A DNA stretch of 64,000 nt from Syntrophorhabdales bacterium (GCA_035315185.1 DATFYE010000101.1:115-64114); one strand, 5' to 3'; shown: positions 46,164 to 55,770, counted from the first letter of the stretch. Numbers and translations are program-made. Notes: a model not told the origin generated them from the letters alone.

Positions 46164-47411
46164 ATGGCCATTCCTTTAATAGAATTCAGAAACATCACCA
46201 AGCGCTTTGGCGACAAGACTGTACTCGACAAGGTCAACCTCAAAATTTATGAAAACCAGATCACGACGATTATCGGGAAGAGCGGCACGGGCAAAAGCGT
46301 GCTTCTCAAACATATCATCGGACTTCTCAAGCCGGACGAAGGCGCAATTCTCTTTCGCGGAAAGCCCGTTGCTGCCATGAAGAAGAATGAATGGGAGGAT
46401 TACAGGAATGGGGTCGCCTACCTGTTCCAGAACAATGCGCTCCTCGACTCGATGACGGTCTTCGATAACGTTGCCTTTCCCCTCCAACAGACGACGAATC
46501 TCGACAAGATCGAGATCGAAAAAAGGGTAGCGAAAAAGATCGAGGACCTGGAACTTACCGAAGCGGTCGATAAGTATCCTTCGGAACTCTCGGGCGGGAT
46601 GCAGAAACGGGTAGCCCTGGCGCGGGCCCTGGTGACGGACCCGAAGATCATACTCTTTGACGAGCCGACCACGGGTCAGGACCCTATTCGGAAGAACATG
46701 ATCCTCTCCATGATCGTCCATTACAGGAGAAAGTTCGGGTTTACCGCCGTACTGATCAGCCATGACATTCCCGACGTTTTCTTTATTTCGGATCGGCTTG
46801 TCATTCTCTGGGAAGGAGCGGTCGGCTTTGAAGGGACCTACGAAGAGGCCGTCAGGCTGAAACTTCCCATGATCGACGAGTTTCTCCGCAGCCTTGAGGG
46901 TTTCCAGGACGAGCTGACGGGTCTGCTTTCCCGGGAGGCGTTCAAGGGGCAATACGCCGCGATGCTGGGGGGCAGCGCCGGGATATCAACCGCTTCCGCC
47001 GCGCTTTTCAGCGTCGAATTCGATCTACTGCACGAGGCGCTGGGACCGCAGGCGGCCGTGGAAGTCCTCAGGGCACTTGGCGAATACGTGAACCGCCGCT
47101 TCAAACCCATGGGCGGCTTCTCGGCCCGTCACAGCAGGGATCAGATCCTGACCATATTCCCTAACACGAGCCCTGATCAGGCGCGGCAACTGGTGGCCGA
47201 CTTTGTGCCGGAATTGAACCAGGAGGCCCTTGCCCGAATTCAGACTATTGCACAGGCAAAGATGGGTGCACAGGCATGTCCCGAGATCCAGGTCAGTGCG
47301 GGAATCACGGAAGTCTCTTCTACTGACGAGATCGATCAGATAATCGTAAAAGCTGAAGCGAACCAACAGATTGTCGCAACACATCAAGGCGGCTCCGGAG
47401 GAAGCGAGTGA
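46164..47411 (+). CDS. MlaF-type ABC ATPase fused to a degenerate GGDEF-like domain
   Basis: Walker A GKSGTGKS, signature LSGGMQKRVALARAL, Walker B ILFDEPTTGQD. The C-terminal 170 aa or so align to GGDEF (DELTGLLSREAF .. FSVEFDLL .. GFSARHSRDQILTIFPNT .. VSAGITEV), with HSRDQ in place of GGDEF. Confidence 0.85.
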   Translation: MAIPLIEFRNITKRFGDKTVLDKVNLKIYENQITTIIGKSGTGKSVLLKHIIGLLKPDEGAILFRGKPVAAMKKNEWEDYRNGVAYLFQNNALLDSMTVFDNVAFPLQQTTNLDKIEIEKRVAKKIEDLELTEAVDKYPSELSGGMQKRVALARALVTDPKIILFDEPTTGQDPIRKNMILSMIVHYRRKFGFTAVLISHDIPDVFFISDRLVILWEGAVGFEGTYEEAVRLKLPMIDEFLRSLEGFQDELTGLLSREAFKGQYAAMLGGSAGISTASAALFSVEFDLLHEALGPQAAVEVLRALGEYVNRRFKPMGGFSARHSRDQILTIFPNTSPDQARQLVADFVPELNQEALARIQTIAQAKMGAQACPEIQVSAGITEVSSTDEIDQIIVKAEANQQIVATHQGGSGGSE

Positions 47412-47896
47412 TGAAAAAATATTCAATGGAAACGGTTGTCGGCGTTTTCGTGGTGATCGGTCTCATATGTGTGGGATATATGACTGTGAAGCTCGGCAAA
47501 CTCTCGCTGTTTGGAGAGGAGACCTACCCGCTTAAAGCCCGGTTTGCGTCGGTCTCCGGACTCAGGGTTGGTAGCGCGGTCGAAGTCTACGGCATCGAGG
47601 TAGGCAGCGTGATGCACCTCGGCATAGACGCTGAGAGACAGATGGGGGTCGTTGATATGAACATCAACAAGGGCGTGAAGGTTTACGACGATGCGGGGGC
47701 AACCATCAAGACCTCCGGACTCATCGGGGATAAGTATGTGAAAATCGATCCCGGAGGAGCGGGCGTTGTCCTGAAACCGGACGGCATGATCACGCAGACC
47801 TCTGTGCCGGCGGATATAGAAGATCTTATAGGCAAGTATGCATTCGGGGACGTGAAGAAGGAACCTGACAAAGCCCCGGAAAAACCTGCCAAGTGA
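47408..47896 (+). CDS. mlaD: MlaD (MCE domain) protein
   Basis: N-terminal TM anchor. MCE pattern YPLKARFASVSGLRVGSAVEVYGIEVGSV..GLIGDKYVKIDPG. ATGA overlap with the ATPase gene. Confidence 0.85.
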   Translation: MMKKYSMETVVGVFVVIGLICVGYMTVKLGKLSLFGEETYPLKARFASVSGLRVGSAVEVYGIEVGSVMHLGIDAERQMGVVDMNINKGVKVYDDAGATIKTSGLIGDKYVKIDPGGAGVVLKPDGMITQTSVPADIEDLIGKYAFGDVKKEPDKAPEKPAK

Positions 47897-47960
47897 TCGA
47901 GGAGAGCATCATGAATAAATGGCTGGCCAGGGAGGCCCTTCGCAAAAAGGTGGGCAAGGG

Positions 47961-50633
47961 ATGAGCCGCATGCACGTGATGTTCAATCCCAAAACAATAG
48001 CTCTGATCGGCGCAACCGACAAGGAAGGCGCCGTGGGACGGACTATCCTGGAGAACCTGCTCCGGTCAAAAGAGAGGAGGATATTTCCGGTAAACCCCCG
48101 TACGAACAAAGTATTGGATGTGGAGAGCTATCCCACCATCGCAGGCGTACCCGGGCATGTGGATCTGGCCGTTGTGGCAACTCCTGCCCGGTCAGTGCCC
48201 GAAGTGGTTGAGGAATGCGGCCAGGCAGGCGTAGAGGGGGTAGTAATAATCTCCGCCGGGTTTAAAGAGATTGGTGAAGAAGGCACGCGACTGGAGAGCG
48301 AAATAGAACGAATCAGAAAAAAATACGGGATGCGTATTTTGGGACCAAACTGCCTCGGTTTCGTACGGCCTCCCCTGGATTTTAATGCGACGTTTCTCAG
48401 GGGTAAGCCTCCTGCCGGAAATATCGCTTTCATCTCTCAGAGCGGTGCCCTCGGCAGCGCGATACTCGATTGGGCGGTCAGCGCCGGGGTAGGCTTTAGC
48501 ATGTTTGCATCACTCGGCTCCATGATCGATGTCGACTTTGGCGACATGATCGATTTTCTGGGAGATGACGAGGCCACCAGGAGCATCCTGATCTATATGG
48601 AGGGTGTGGGCAACGCGAGAAAATTTATGAGTGCGGCCAGGGCGTTCGCCCGCCGCAAACCTATCATTATTTTGAAGCCGGGGCGATTTGCACAGAGTGC
48701 AAGGGCAGCCCATTCCCACACCGGCGCTATGGCAGGGGACGACGCGGTATACGAAGCGGCCTTCAGGAGGGCCGGCGCCGTGAGGGTCGGCGAAATAGCG
48801 GAACTCTTCGATGCTGCCGAGGTTCTTGATTCGAAGAGGCTGCCGGCCGGTCCGCGGCTCGCCATAGTAACATCCGCCGGCGGACCTGGTGTGATGGCCA
48901 CCGACGCGCTTATTCACCTGGGTGGGGAGCTGGCGGAACTCTCTGGCGAGAGCATGAAGCAACTCAATGCATTGTTGCCGCCTTACTGGAGTAAGGCCAA
49001 TCCTGTCGACCTGCTTGGAGACGCAACCGTCGACAGGTTCACGAAATCGCTCGCTATATGCCTCGGTGATCCCAAAGTAGACGGGGTGCTTGTCATTTAC
49101 GTGCCCATGGACTCTGCCCCTTCAACCCAGGTTGCGCAAGCGGTGGCCGATTGTGCAAAAAATGCCTGGAAGCCTGTCATTGCAACGTGGATGGGGGCAG
49201 AAGACGTGGAAGAGGGGAGACGCATTTTTGTTGAGAATAGCATCCCGCACTACGACACCCCGGAGGAGGGTGTCCGAACTTATGTGAATATGTGTAGGTA
49301 TAAGAGACATCTCGACCAGCTCTATGAGACTCCTGACGAGTTGCCGGCGCAGAAAGCGCCCTCGAAAGATCACCTGAAAGAGCTTCTCAAGATCGTCCTC
49401 AAGGAAGGACGAACGCTTCTCAACGAGGAAGAGTCCAAGGATTTTTTGATGACCTACGGCATCCCGGTGACGCCGGCGCAGCTTGCCCGGGATTCCGAAG
49501 CGGCGGTACGCATCGCGGAAAAGGTGGGCTATCCGGTCGTTATCAAGGTCGTCTCGCCTGACATCTCCCACAAAAGCGATGTGGGCGGCGTCATCATGGG
49601 GATCGATTCGAGCGCAGCCCTCAAAGAAGCCTACGAGAAGCTGATGGAAAGGGTGAAGCAACGCGCCCCGGCGGCGGCCATAACGGGCGTAGCCGTCGAG
49701 AAGATGTTTACCGATATTGATTATGAGCTCATTCTCGGGACCAAGAAGGATAAGGACTTCGGTTCTGTTATCCTCTTCGGGATGGGCGGGACTATGGCGG
49801 AGTTCATCAAAGATTTTTCAATTGGACTCCCGCCGCTCAACCAGACATTGGCAAAGATGCTGATGCAGGACACCAATGTATATAAAATGCTCCAGGGCTT
49901 TCGGGGCAAACCGCCGGCTGATTTTGAAGGGCTCGAGGAAATCCTTGTCAATTTTTCGAACCTTATCGTCGACTTTCCCGAAATAGCTGAAATCGACATA
50001 AATCCTCTTGCCATAGCGAATGGCAAAGCCTCAGCGCTTGACGCACGAATCGTTATTAACAAAGATTATGACGCTATTGGTCGATCGGCCTACCCGCACT
50101 TGATCATCACTCCTTATCCGACCAAGTACATTACGCCCTGGAAACTGTCCGATGGCACCGAAGTGCTTCTGAGGCCCATACGGCCTGAAGACGAGCCCGC
50201 GGAGCACGAGATGCTCGCTTCGTTGTCTCAAAAAACATTGAGGACCAGGTTCTTCTCCCTTATCAAAGATATATCTCATGAGTGGCTTATCCTTTTCTGT
50301 AATATCGACTACGACCGGCACATGGCGATAGTTGCGGAGATGGAGGAAAATGGAACGAAAAAGATGGTAGGGGTTGCACGACTCATTATGAACCAGGACC
50401 TGACGTCCGGCGAACTGGCTGTTCTCGTGCAGGATAGGTTCCAAGGGAAACACCTTGGGTCCAAATTCGTAGAGGTTCTCGTCGGGATAGCCCGGGAAAG
50501 GGGCCTCGAGGAAGTCCGGGCGGATGTCCTTACCGAGAATGAGAGCATGCTCAACGTCTTCAGGCGGTTGGGGTTCACGACTCATTGGGCTGTGGGCGGC
50601 ACGAGCGAAGCCGTGCTGAAGCTGAAAGAATAA
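47961..50633 (+). CDS. Pat-like protein: ADP-forming acyl-CoA synthetase domains fused to a C-terminal GNAT
   Basis: CoA-binding N-terminus (PKTIALIGATDKEG), a ligase-CoA domain, an ATP-grasp domain (GYPVVIKVVSPDISHKSDVGGV) and a GNAT core (VQDRFQGKHLGSKFVE). Start ATG 47961 chosen. Confidence 0.88.
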   Translation: MSRMHVMFNPKTIALIGATDKEGAVGRTILENLLRSKERRIFPVNPRTNKVLDVESYPTIAGVPGHVDLAVVATPARSVPEVVEECGQAGVEGVVIISAGFKEIGEEGTRLESEIERIRKKYGMRILGPNCLGFVRPPLDFNATFLRGKPPAGNIAFISQSGALGSAILDWAVSAGVGFSMFASLGSMIDVDFGDMIDFLGDDEATRSILIYMEGVGNARKFMSAARAFARRKPIIILKPGRFAQSARAAHSHTGAMAGDDAVYEAAFRRAGAVRVGEIAELFDAAEVLDSKRLPAGPRLAIVTSAGGPGVMATDALIHLGGELAELSGESMKQLNALLPPYWSKANPVDLLGDATVDRFTKSLAICLGDPKVDGVLVIYVPMDSAPSTQVAQAVADCAKNAWKPVIATWMGAEDVEEGRRIFVENSIPHYDTPEEGVRTYVNMCRYKRHLDQLYETPDELPAQKAPSKDHLKELLKIVLKEGRTLLNEEESKDFLMTYGIPVTPAQLARDSEAAVRIAEKVGYPVVIKVVSPDISHKSDVGGVIMGIDSSAALKEAYEKLMERVKQRAPAAAITGVAVEKMFTDIDYELILGTKKDKDFGSVILFGMGGTMAEFIKDFSIGLPPLNQTLAKMLMQDTNVYKMLQGFRGKPPADFEGLEEILVNFSNLIVDFPEIAEIDINPLAIANGKASALDARIVINKDYDAIGRSAYPHLIITPYPTKYITPWKLSDGTEVLLRPIRPEDEPAEHEMLASLSQKTLRTRFFSLIKDISHEWLILFCNIDYDRHMAIVAEMEENGTKKMVGVARLIMNQDLTSGELAVLVQDRFQGKHLGSKFVEVLVGIARERGLEEVRADVLTENESMLNVFRRLGFTTHWAVGGTSEAVLKLKE

Positions 50634-50698
50634 TTGGGCTGTGATCGTGGGAAAGAACGCCTTGACTCTTCTATTTTGAGGAACTACTTTTCTTCGTA

Positions 50699-51436
50699 AT
50701 GATAGAAGCACGTTATCTCAGCACCCTCTTTCTCCTTCTCCTCGTGCCGGCTCAAGGCCTGGCCTTCCCTGACACGATCGAGAGTGGCCCGGCGGGCCGG
50801 AGCCACGTTGAGACATACCATTACGAGGCTGTGGCGGCAGGTAAAGAGAACGACAAGGAAGAAATCGAGCTTGCTTTTTCTTTCGAGGAAAACAGCGCTG
50901 CATATGCTTCAACGATAGTCTCTGCAAAGTCAGACGAGCGCATAACCATCAACATGACCAAGGAAGGGAATTTGATTTCAGGGGCCAGGAGTCTCCGCAA
51001 AAGCCCTGGAGGCCCCACCGAGGAGAAGATATGGAGAGACGGAAGAACGGCATACGTCCAGCAAACCTCCGGAACGGATAAAAAGACCATACAGCTGGAT
51101 ATTCCCGAAGGCAGAACTCTGGCTATTGAGGGCTCCCTCCTTGTGCTCCTCAGGTTTTTCCCTTACGACAGTACCACCCGATGGGATCTTTTCATGATTG
51201 ATTTCTCGGGAGAATCCATTACCGCCACTGCCCGTCAGGCCGGCATTGAGCGTATCACCGTGCCTGCGGGCGAATTCTCCTGTTACCGGATGGAGGTCCT
51301 TATCCATACCTTCATCCTGAGCCCAAAAATAGTCTGTTGGGTTACCACGGAGAAACCCCATTTCGTGGTAAAGAGCGAGGGGAAGAGAAGCCTGCTTAGC
51401 CCCAAATATATCACTATGTTAATTGGCAAGCAGTGA
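50699..51436 (+). CDS. hypothetical secreted protein
   Basis: Signal-like N-terminus. Beta-rich composition. No family recognised. Confidence 0.4.
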   Translation: MIEARYLSTLFLLLLVPAQGLAFPDTIESGPAGRSHVETYHYEAVAAGKENDKEEIELAFSFEENSAAYASTIVSAKSDERITINMTKEGNLISGARSLRKSPGGPTEEKIWRDGRTAYVQQTSGTDKKTIQLDIPEGRTLAIEGSLLVLLRFFPYDSTTRWDLFMIDFSGESITATARQAGIERITVPAGEFSCYRMEVLIHTFILSPKIVCWVTTEKPHFVVKSEGKRSLLSPKYITMLIGKQ

Positions 51437-51583
51437 GAAAGCGATTGACGGTATCGGTGACGCGGCAAACTCCGATAGCGAAAGACTGATCTGCCGCATT
51501 AAGCCTGTTGTTAGGTACGCAGGTTATTGCGGAACCCGAGCACAAAAATCAATAGTTGACTGAGAAGAAAAGGCTAATTCTGG

Positions 51584-51696
51584 TCCATATCCCCGTTGTA
51601 AAAAAGACGACACGCTCGTACACGAAACCGCTACAAAATAATTGTTGGTTCTGGGACAGACATGAGGGAGTGTCTGCTGTATCATAAATACAGAGG
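51584..51696 (+). repeat. stress-leader element copy C (homology to copy A extends to about 51760)
   Basis: TCCATATCCCCGTTGTAAAAAAGACGACACGCTCGTACACGAAACCGCTACAAAATAATTGTTGGTTCTGGGACAGAC, with hairpins CAGACA/TGTCTG and CTGTAT/ATACAG. The downstream block GCCTCTTGTACATCAATCT matches GCCTCTTATACATCGATCT in copy A. Confidence 0.85.
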
Positions 51697-51818
51697 TAAT
51701 AACATTGCCTTTACGATTGAACGCTTTCATTAACAAGCCTCTTGTACATCAATCTTTGGTTCCATTTTCATAGTAAGTCAGGGCGCCCCGCTGGTTGTCC
51801 CGCGAATGGAGGCATAAG

Positions 51819-52037
51819 ATGACGAATAAAACGAGACTTATCTTTGTTATCGCAGCCACTATTTCCGCTGTCTTCTGTCTGCTGATGAGTACGCAGTTTG
51901 CCTTTGATATTGCTAACCAGGCACTCTCAGTAGTTGCGAATGCACTCGGCCTACATGAGGCGCCTAGACTTTCTGCTCTGCCGGTATTGGTAATTCCCGG
52001 TCTGTATCTTGCCTTCAGGCAGAGAAGACACTCATAA
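51819..52037 (+). CDS. small two-TM membrane protein (hypothetical)
   Basis: GGAGG RBS before ATG 51819. Hydrophobic segments. Confidence 0.4.
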   Translation: MTNKTRLIFVIAATISAVFCLLMSTQFAFDIANQALSVVANALGLHEAPRLSALPVLVIPGLYLAFRQRRHS

Positions 52038-52451
52038 CTTAGACTTCGTACTTAGTAAGGAAGGATAGGTAGCGACTGAAGAAGGGCCTGAGACGTCCGT
52101 ATTGCGGGATATACGTCTGCATCCGGGACTGACGCCTACAACCAAAAGTTGAGCGAAAAAAGAGCAAGCGCCGTCAAAGGATACCCCATTAACGAAGGGC
52201 TCACTTCATCGGATAGCGCTGCGCGAGCGGCATCGAGAACCAAAGAACTCAACCAGGACCGCTACCAAAATATAATACTCGTGGGCGGCTTTATCTTCAG
52301 CTATCACTCGTATTCGTACATTGGAAACGAAACCAGGCGCGGATCGTCTCGCCATCGGGCCCCACTCAACTTGCCGCTGAAACAGTCCAATCTTCAAACA
52401 AGGCTTTAGGTTGCATCACTCTTTGTGACATCGATCCCGTACAACAATCCG

Positions 52452-52937
52452 CTAAAAAAGCACCCACCAAATAAAGGTGCCGACCATGACCACGCCAAGC
52501 GCGATCTTGACGACACTGCCGACCATAAAACCTATGAAGGTTCCCCAGCCGGAACGAAGAGCCTCTCGATGGGTTCTGCCTCTCAGCAGTTCCCCCGCCG
52601 CCGCTCCGACAAAGGGTCCGAGGATGAGGCCAGGAAACCCCGCTGCCAGCGTGCCGATCAGACCGCCAATGAGCGATCCGCACGCCCCGAATCGTGATGC
52701 ACCATACCTTTTTGCGCCTATCGCTCCCGCGTAAAAGTCGAGAAGCAGAACGAGACCGGTAACCACGGACCAACCGACAATCGCTGCCAGACCGTAAGCT
52801 TGCCAGCCTGTTGCAAAACCGTAAAGGAGATAACCTGCGTAGATGAGAAGAATGCCTGGAATGACCGGCAGGACCGTTCCCACAAGACCTACCGCCATAA
52901 TCAGGAGGGTGACGATCGTCCAGAGCGCCTTCATCAA
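52452..52937 (-). CDS. DUF456 family membrane protein
   Basis: LPVIPGILLIYAGYLLY.., GAKRYGAS..G, GLILGPFVGAAAGEL pattern typical of DUF456. Confidence 0.8.
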   Translation of the reverse strand: MMKALWTIVTLLIMAVGLVGTVLPVIPGILLIYAGYLLYGFATGWQAYGLAAIVGWSVVTGLVLLLDFYAGAIGAKRYGASRFGACGSLIGGLIGTLAAGFPGLILGPFVGAAAGELLRGRTHREALRSGWGTFIGFMVGSVVKIALGVVMVGTFIWWVLF

Positions 52938-52981
52938 ATAAATCTAATGGCGAGAAGCCATAATTTCAATCGAAGGGGCGG

Positions 52982-53332
52982 CTATCTTTCCATGAAGATG
53001 TCGGGGTTATCGGGTGGACCAGCAGCATGGTCGCGAAGGAGGCCCAGAAGCAGAAGGTGTTCATCAAAACTGGGGAGAGCCTCGATGAGCTGGCAAAGAA
53101 ATGCGGCATCGACGCGGAAGGGCTGAAAGGAAGTATAACAGCGGCCCTCGGCCCATTTGTCACGCTTCGTAAGTGGACCATGGCGCAGGCTCCTTCCTAC
53201 AAGATATTTTCTCATTGCATCATTTCGTGCTTCATTACAGTAGGTGGTAATGGCCGAGATTCTCGTCTCGTCGGCGTACGATCTTTGCAGGTGTTCTTGA
53301 GACTTTTCAAGCTGAGAAATTCTTCCTACTGA
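52982..53332 (+). pseudogene. remnant of the C-terminal part of an FAD-dependent oxidoreductase (fumarate-reductase/KstD-like)
   Basis: The frame reads ..HEDVGVIGWTSSMVAKEAQKQKVFIKTGESLDELAKKCGIDAEGLKGSITA..GPF... This is the substrate-domain/linker pattern of flavoprotein reductases. There is no N-terminal FAD-binding part. Confidence 0.35.
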
Positions 53333-53491
53333 AATGCGCAACGCCGCCTGCTCCGGAGAGATTGAAGATTACGCATTGGTAATGTGCAATCTCCAGGCGA
53401 TTCTTGACTACCAAATTTGTAGATGCTGTACGACTTCTCCTTTCATCTTCTCATTGCAGTAGTTCACAATACTCGCCTCAGTCAGGCTTGA

Positions 53492-54985
53492 TCACACAAC
53501 TCTCTTGAAATCGATGAATCCCTGTTCCACATCTGTGTGAATCAGTTGCACCCGAATCTTCTGGCCCACGTCGATGCCTTCGAAACCATGCACCAGTCTC
53601 CCTTCAACAGGAGGATCAAGAAGACGGGCCCACGTGCCTTTCGGGGCCGCGCCGGTAACGATGGCATCGAAGCGTTCCCCGATTCTTGCCTCCAGCAGCA
53701 TTGCGGCTGCCGATTTTCCGACCTGCCGTTCCACCTTTTTGGCTGCATTTTCTTGTTCTGTGCAGTGTTTACCCAACGCCTCCAGGTCTTCTCTTTCATA
53801 AGGTACGGGATGTTGACCCATCGCAGCCTTCAGCAGCCGCTGCGTGATGAGGTCCGGATACCGGCGGTTAGGGGCTGTGGAATGAGTATAGTCCCCAACA
53901 GCGAGACCAAAGTGTCCGGGGGCAGTCTCTCCGGGAAGTTCTGCAACGTATTCACCCGGTCCCATGAGCTTGATCACCGAGAGGGAGAGGTCGGGGAATC
54001 TAAGCGGATCGGCTGCTTTCTCTTTCATTAGAAACTCCTCCAGCGCCGCTGCATCTGGATCATAAGGAAGCTTGAAGCCATGTTCCGCCGCAAGGTCGAC
54101 AATCCGTTCCCATCGTTTTGGAGTGCGCACCACGCGGCGGAGCGAAGGGAATGTTTTTGACGAGAGATACCGGGCGCTCACACCGTTTGCGGCTATCATG
54201 AAATCCTCAATAAGCTCGGTAGCGCGGTTCTTTATCTCCACTTCCAGCCCACGGATCTCATTACCGTCAAATACCGGTCTGGCTTCAACGGTTTCAAGAC
54301 TGAGGGCCCCGTGCAGGTGGCGAAGGTTCTTCATGCTTTGTGCTACCCTGTCCTGGATGCGCAGATTCTCATCGAGTCCATTTACCGCAGCAATAGCCTC
54401 GGGCACCGTCCCCTTCCCCTCCAGCCATGCCGCGACGCTGTTATACGCGAGCTTTGCATGATTGCGGACACGGGCCCGGTAGATATCCGAGGTCTGTAAC
54501 GACCCGTCTTGGCCGATCACCATTTCAATCACAATCGCCGGTCGATCCTCATTGAAGTTCAACGATGTGAGGTTGGTGGAAAGTTCTTCGGGAAGCATGG
54601 GGAACATCGTGGCAGCCGTATATACCGAGGTAGTATTGTAGCGGGCGTGATCGTCAATTGCCGAGCCATTCTTGACGATCGAGTCCACGTCGGCCACGGC
54701 AACAAGGATCCTTACTTGATCTCCGGGCATCCCTTCGGCAACGGTAAGCTGATCCAGATCAAGGGAGTCATCGTTATCAATGGAAGCCCACGGAAGGCTC
54801 CTGAGGTCGTGAACCTGCTCACCGTCGGTTACGGCAGATAGCGAAGCATCCTGTAAGGGAGCCGGAATCCCGGCAAGTTCGGTGAGTGCTTCAGCAGAAA
54901 AGTCAGGGAGTAATCCTCTCTCAAGCATCGCCCTCCGGGCGATTCTCCGGAGAGTGGCCCGGTGCCCTTTATCGTTCGTATTCAT
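53492..54985 (-). CDS. RNB domain ribonuclease (RNase II/R family) with C-terminal S1-like domain
   Basis: RNB motifs IDNDDSLDLDQ, HFGLAVGDYTHSTAPNRRYPDLITQR. The C-terminal FDAIVTGAAPKGTWARL is S1-like. Confidence 0.88.
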   Translation of the reverse strand: MNTNDKGHRATLRRIARRAMLERGLLPDFSAEALTELAGIPAPLQDASLSAVTDGEQVHDLRSLPWASIDNDDSLDLDQLTVAEGMPGDQVRILVAVADVDSIVKNGSAIDDHARYNTTSVYTAATMFPMLPEELSTNLTSLNFNEDRPAIVIEMVIGQDGSLQTSDIYRARVRNHAKLAYNSVAAWLEGKGTVPEAIAAVNGLDENLRIQDRVAQSMKNLRHLHGALSLETVEARPVFDGNEIRGLEVEIKNRATELIEDFMIAANGVSARYLSSKTFPSLRRVVRTPKRWERIVDLAAEHGFKLPYDPDAAALEEFLMKEKAADPLRFPDLSLSVIKLMGPGEYVAELPGETAPGHFGLAVGDYTHSTAPNRRYPDLITQRLLKAAMGQHPVPYEREDLEALGKHCTEQENAAKKVERQVGKSAAAMLLEARIGERFDAIVTGAAPKGTWARLLDPPVEGRLVHGFEGIDVGQKIRVQLIHTDVEQGFIDFKRVV

Positions 54986-55113
54986 GGGACATGCCTCCTG
55001 CCTCTTATTTCAGAAATCACCGACTACTCAGTATTGGAACATTGCATAAAAAATATGGCAACAGAAATGAGTCTGTTTCCACCAGAATCCCATTTTTATC
55101 GGAAAGTTGGTCC

Positions 55114-55770
55114 TTAAAAAAAGATCCCATAGATTCCAATCAATACGAGAAGCAACCCGGAGACCGGTCCGGTCACAGTCCCGATCCATCGATACCGTAT
55201 AGAGCGACCCGCGCTTCTACCAGCCCAAATGGCAATAATACTAAAGATAACGACAAAAGAGGTGACCAGAGAGAGGCTTAAGCCCAGCAGGCCGGCTGCC
55301 ACGCCGTTGACTAGATTATTCAATGTCAATGCGACGCCCAAAAGAACAGTTTCTCGAATATGAATATGCGTGGAGCAAACCTTATCTAAAAAAAACGGGT
55401 CGTCAAGAAACTTCAGTATATTGCTGAACATAACGTGTTGCGAAATGACTTTTCTTGCGTCCTGGAGTTGCTCTACGGAGGACCCGGCTTTGCGCACCCG
55501 CCTTGTCCCCTGTATGATGACCCAGACCCCTATCCCAATCAGTATCAATCCTCCGACGACAGTGGCCAGCTCAGGCTTTAAGACACGGTATAGTGAAGCC
55601 CCCGCAAGCATTGAGAGGAGAGTTCCGGTACCGCTTATAAGGGCGATGATAAGATTGGAAGTAAAGGAGATACAGGTTCCTCTGACTCCATAGACAATTC
55701 CTACGCCTACGTTGTCAAAGTTACTCGAAGTTGCCAGAGCCAAGATCGACAGCAGGTGTATGGTGTGCAT
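55114..55770 (-). CDS. YtaF/MntP (DUF204) family membrane protein
   Basis: Two DUF204-like halves (SSNFDNVGVGIVYG and ALTLNNLVNGVAAG) separated by a cytoplasmic insert, as in YtaF. Confidence 0.6.
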   Translation of the reverse strand: MHTIHLLSILALATSSNFDNVGVGIVYGVRGTCISFTSNLIIALISGTGTLLSMLAGASLYRVLKPELATVVGGLILIGIGVWVIIQGTRRVRKAGSSVEQLQDARKVISQHVMFSNILKFLDDPFFLDKVCSTHIHIRETVLLGVALTLNNLVNGVAAGLLGLSLSLVTSFVVIFSIIAIWAGRSAGRSIRYRWIGTVTGPVSGLLLVLIGIYGIFF

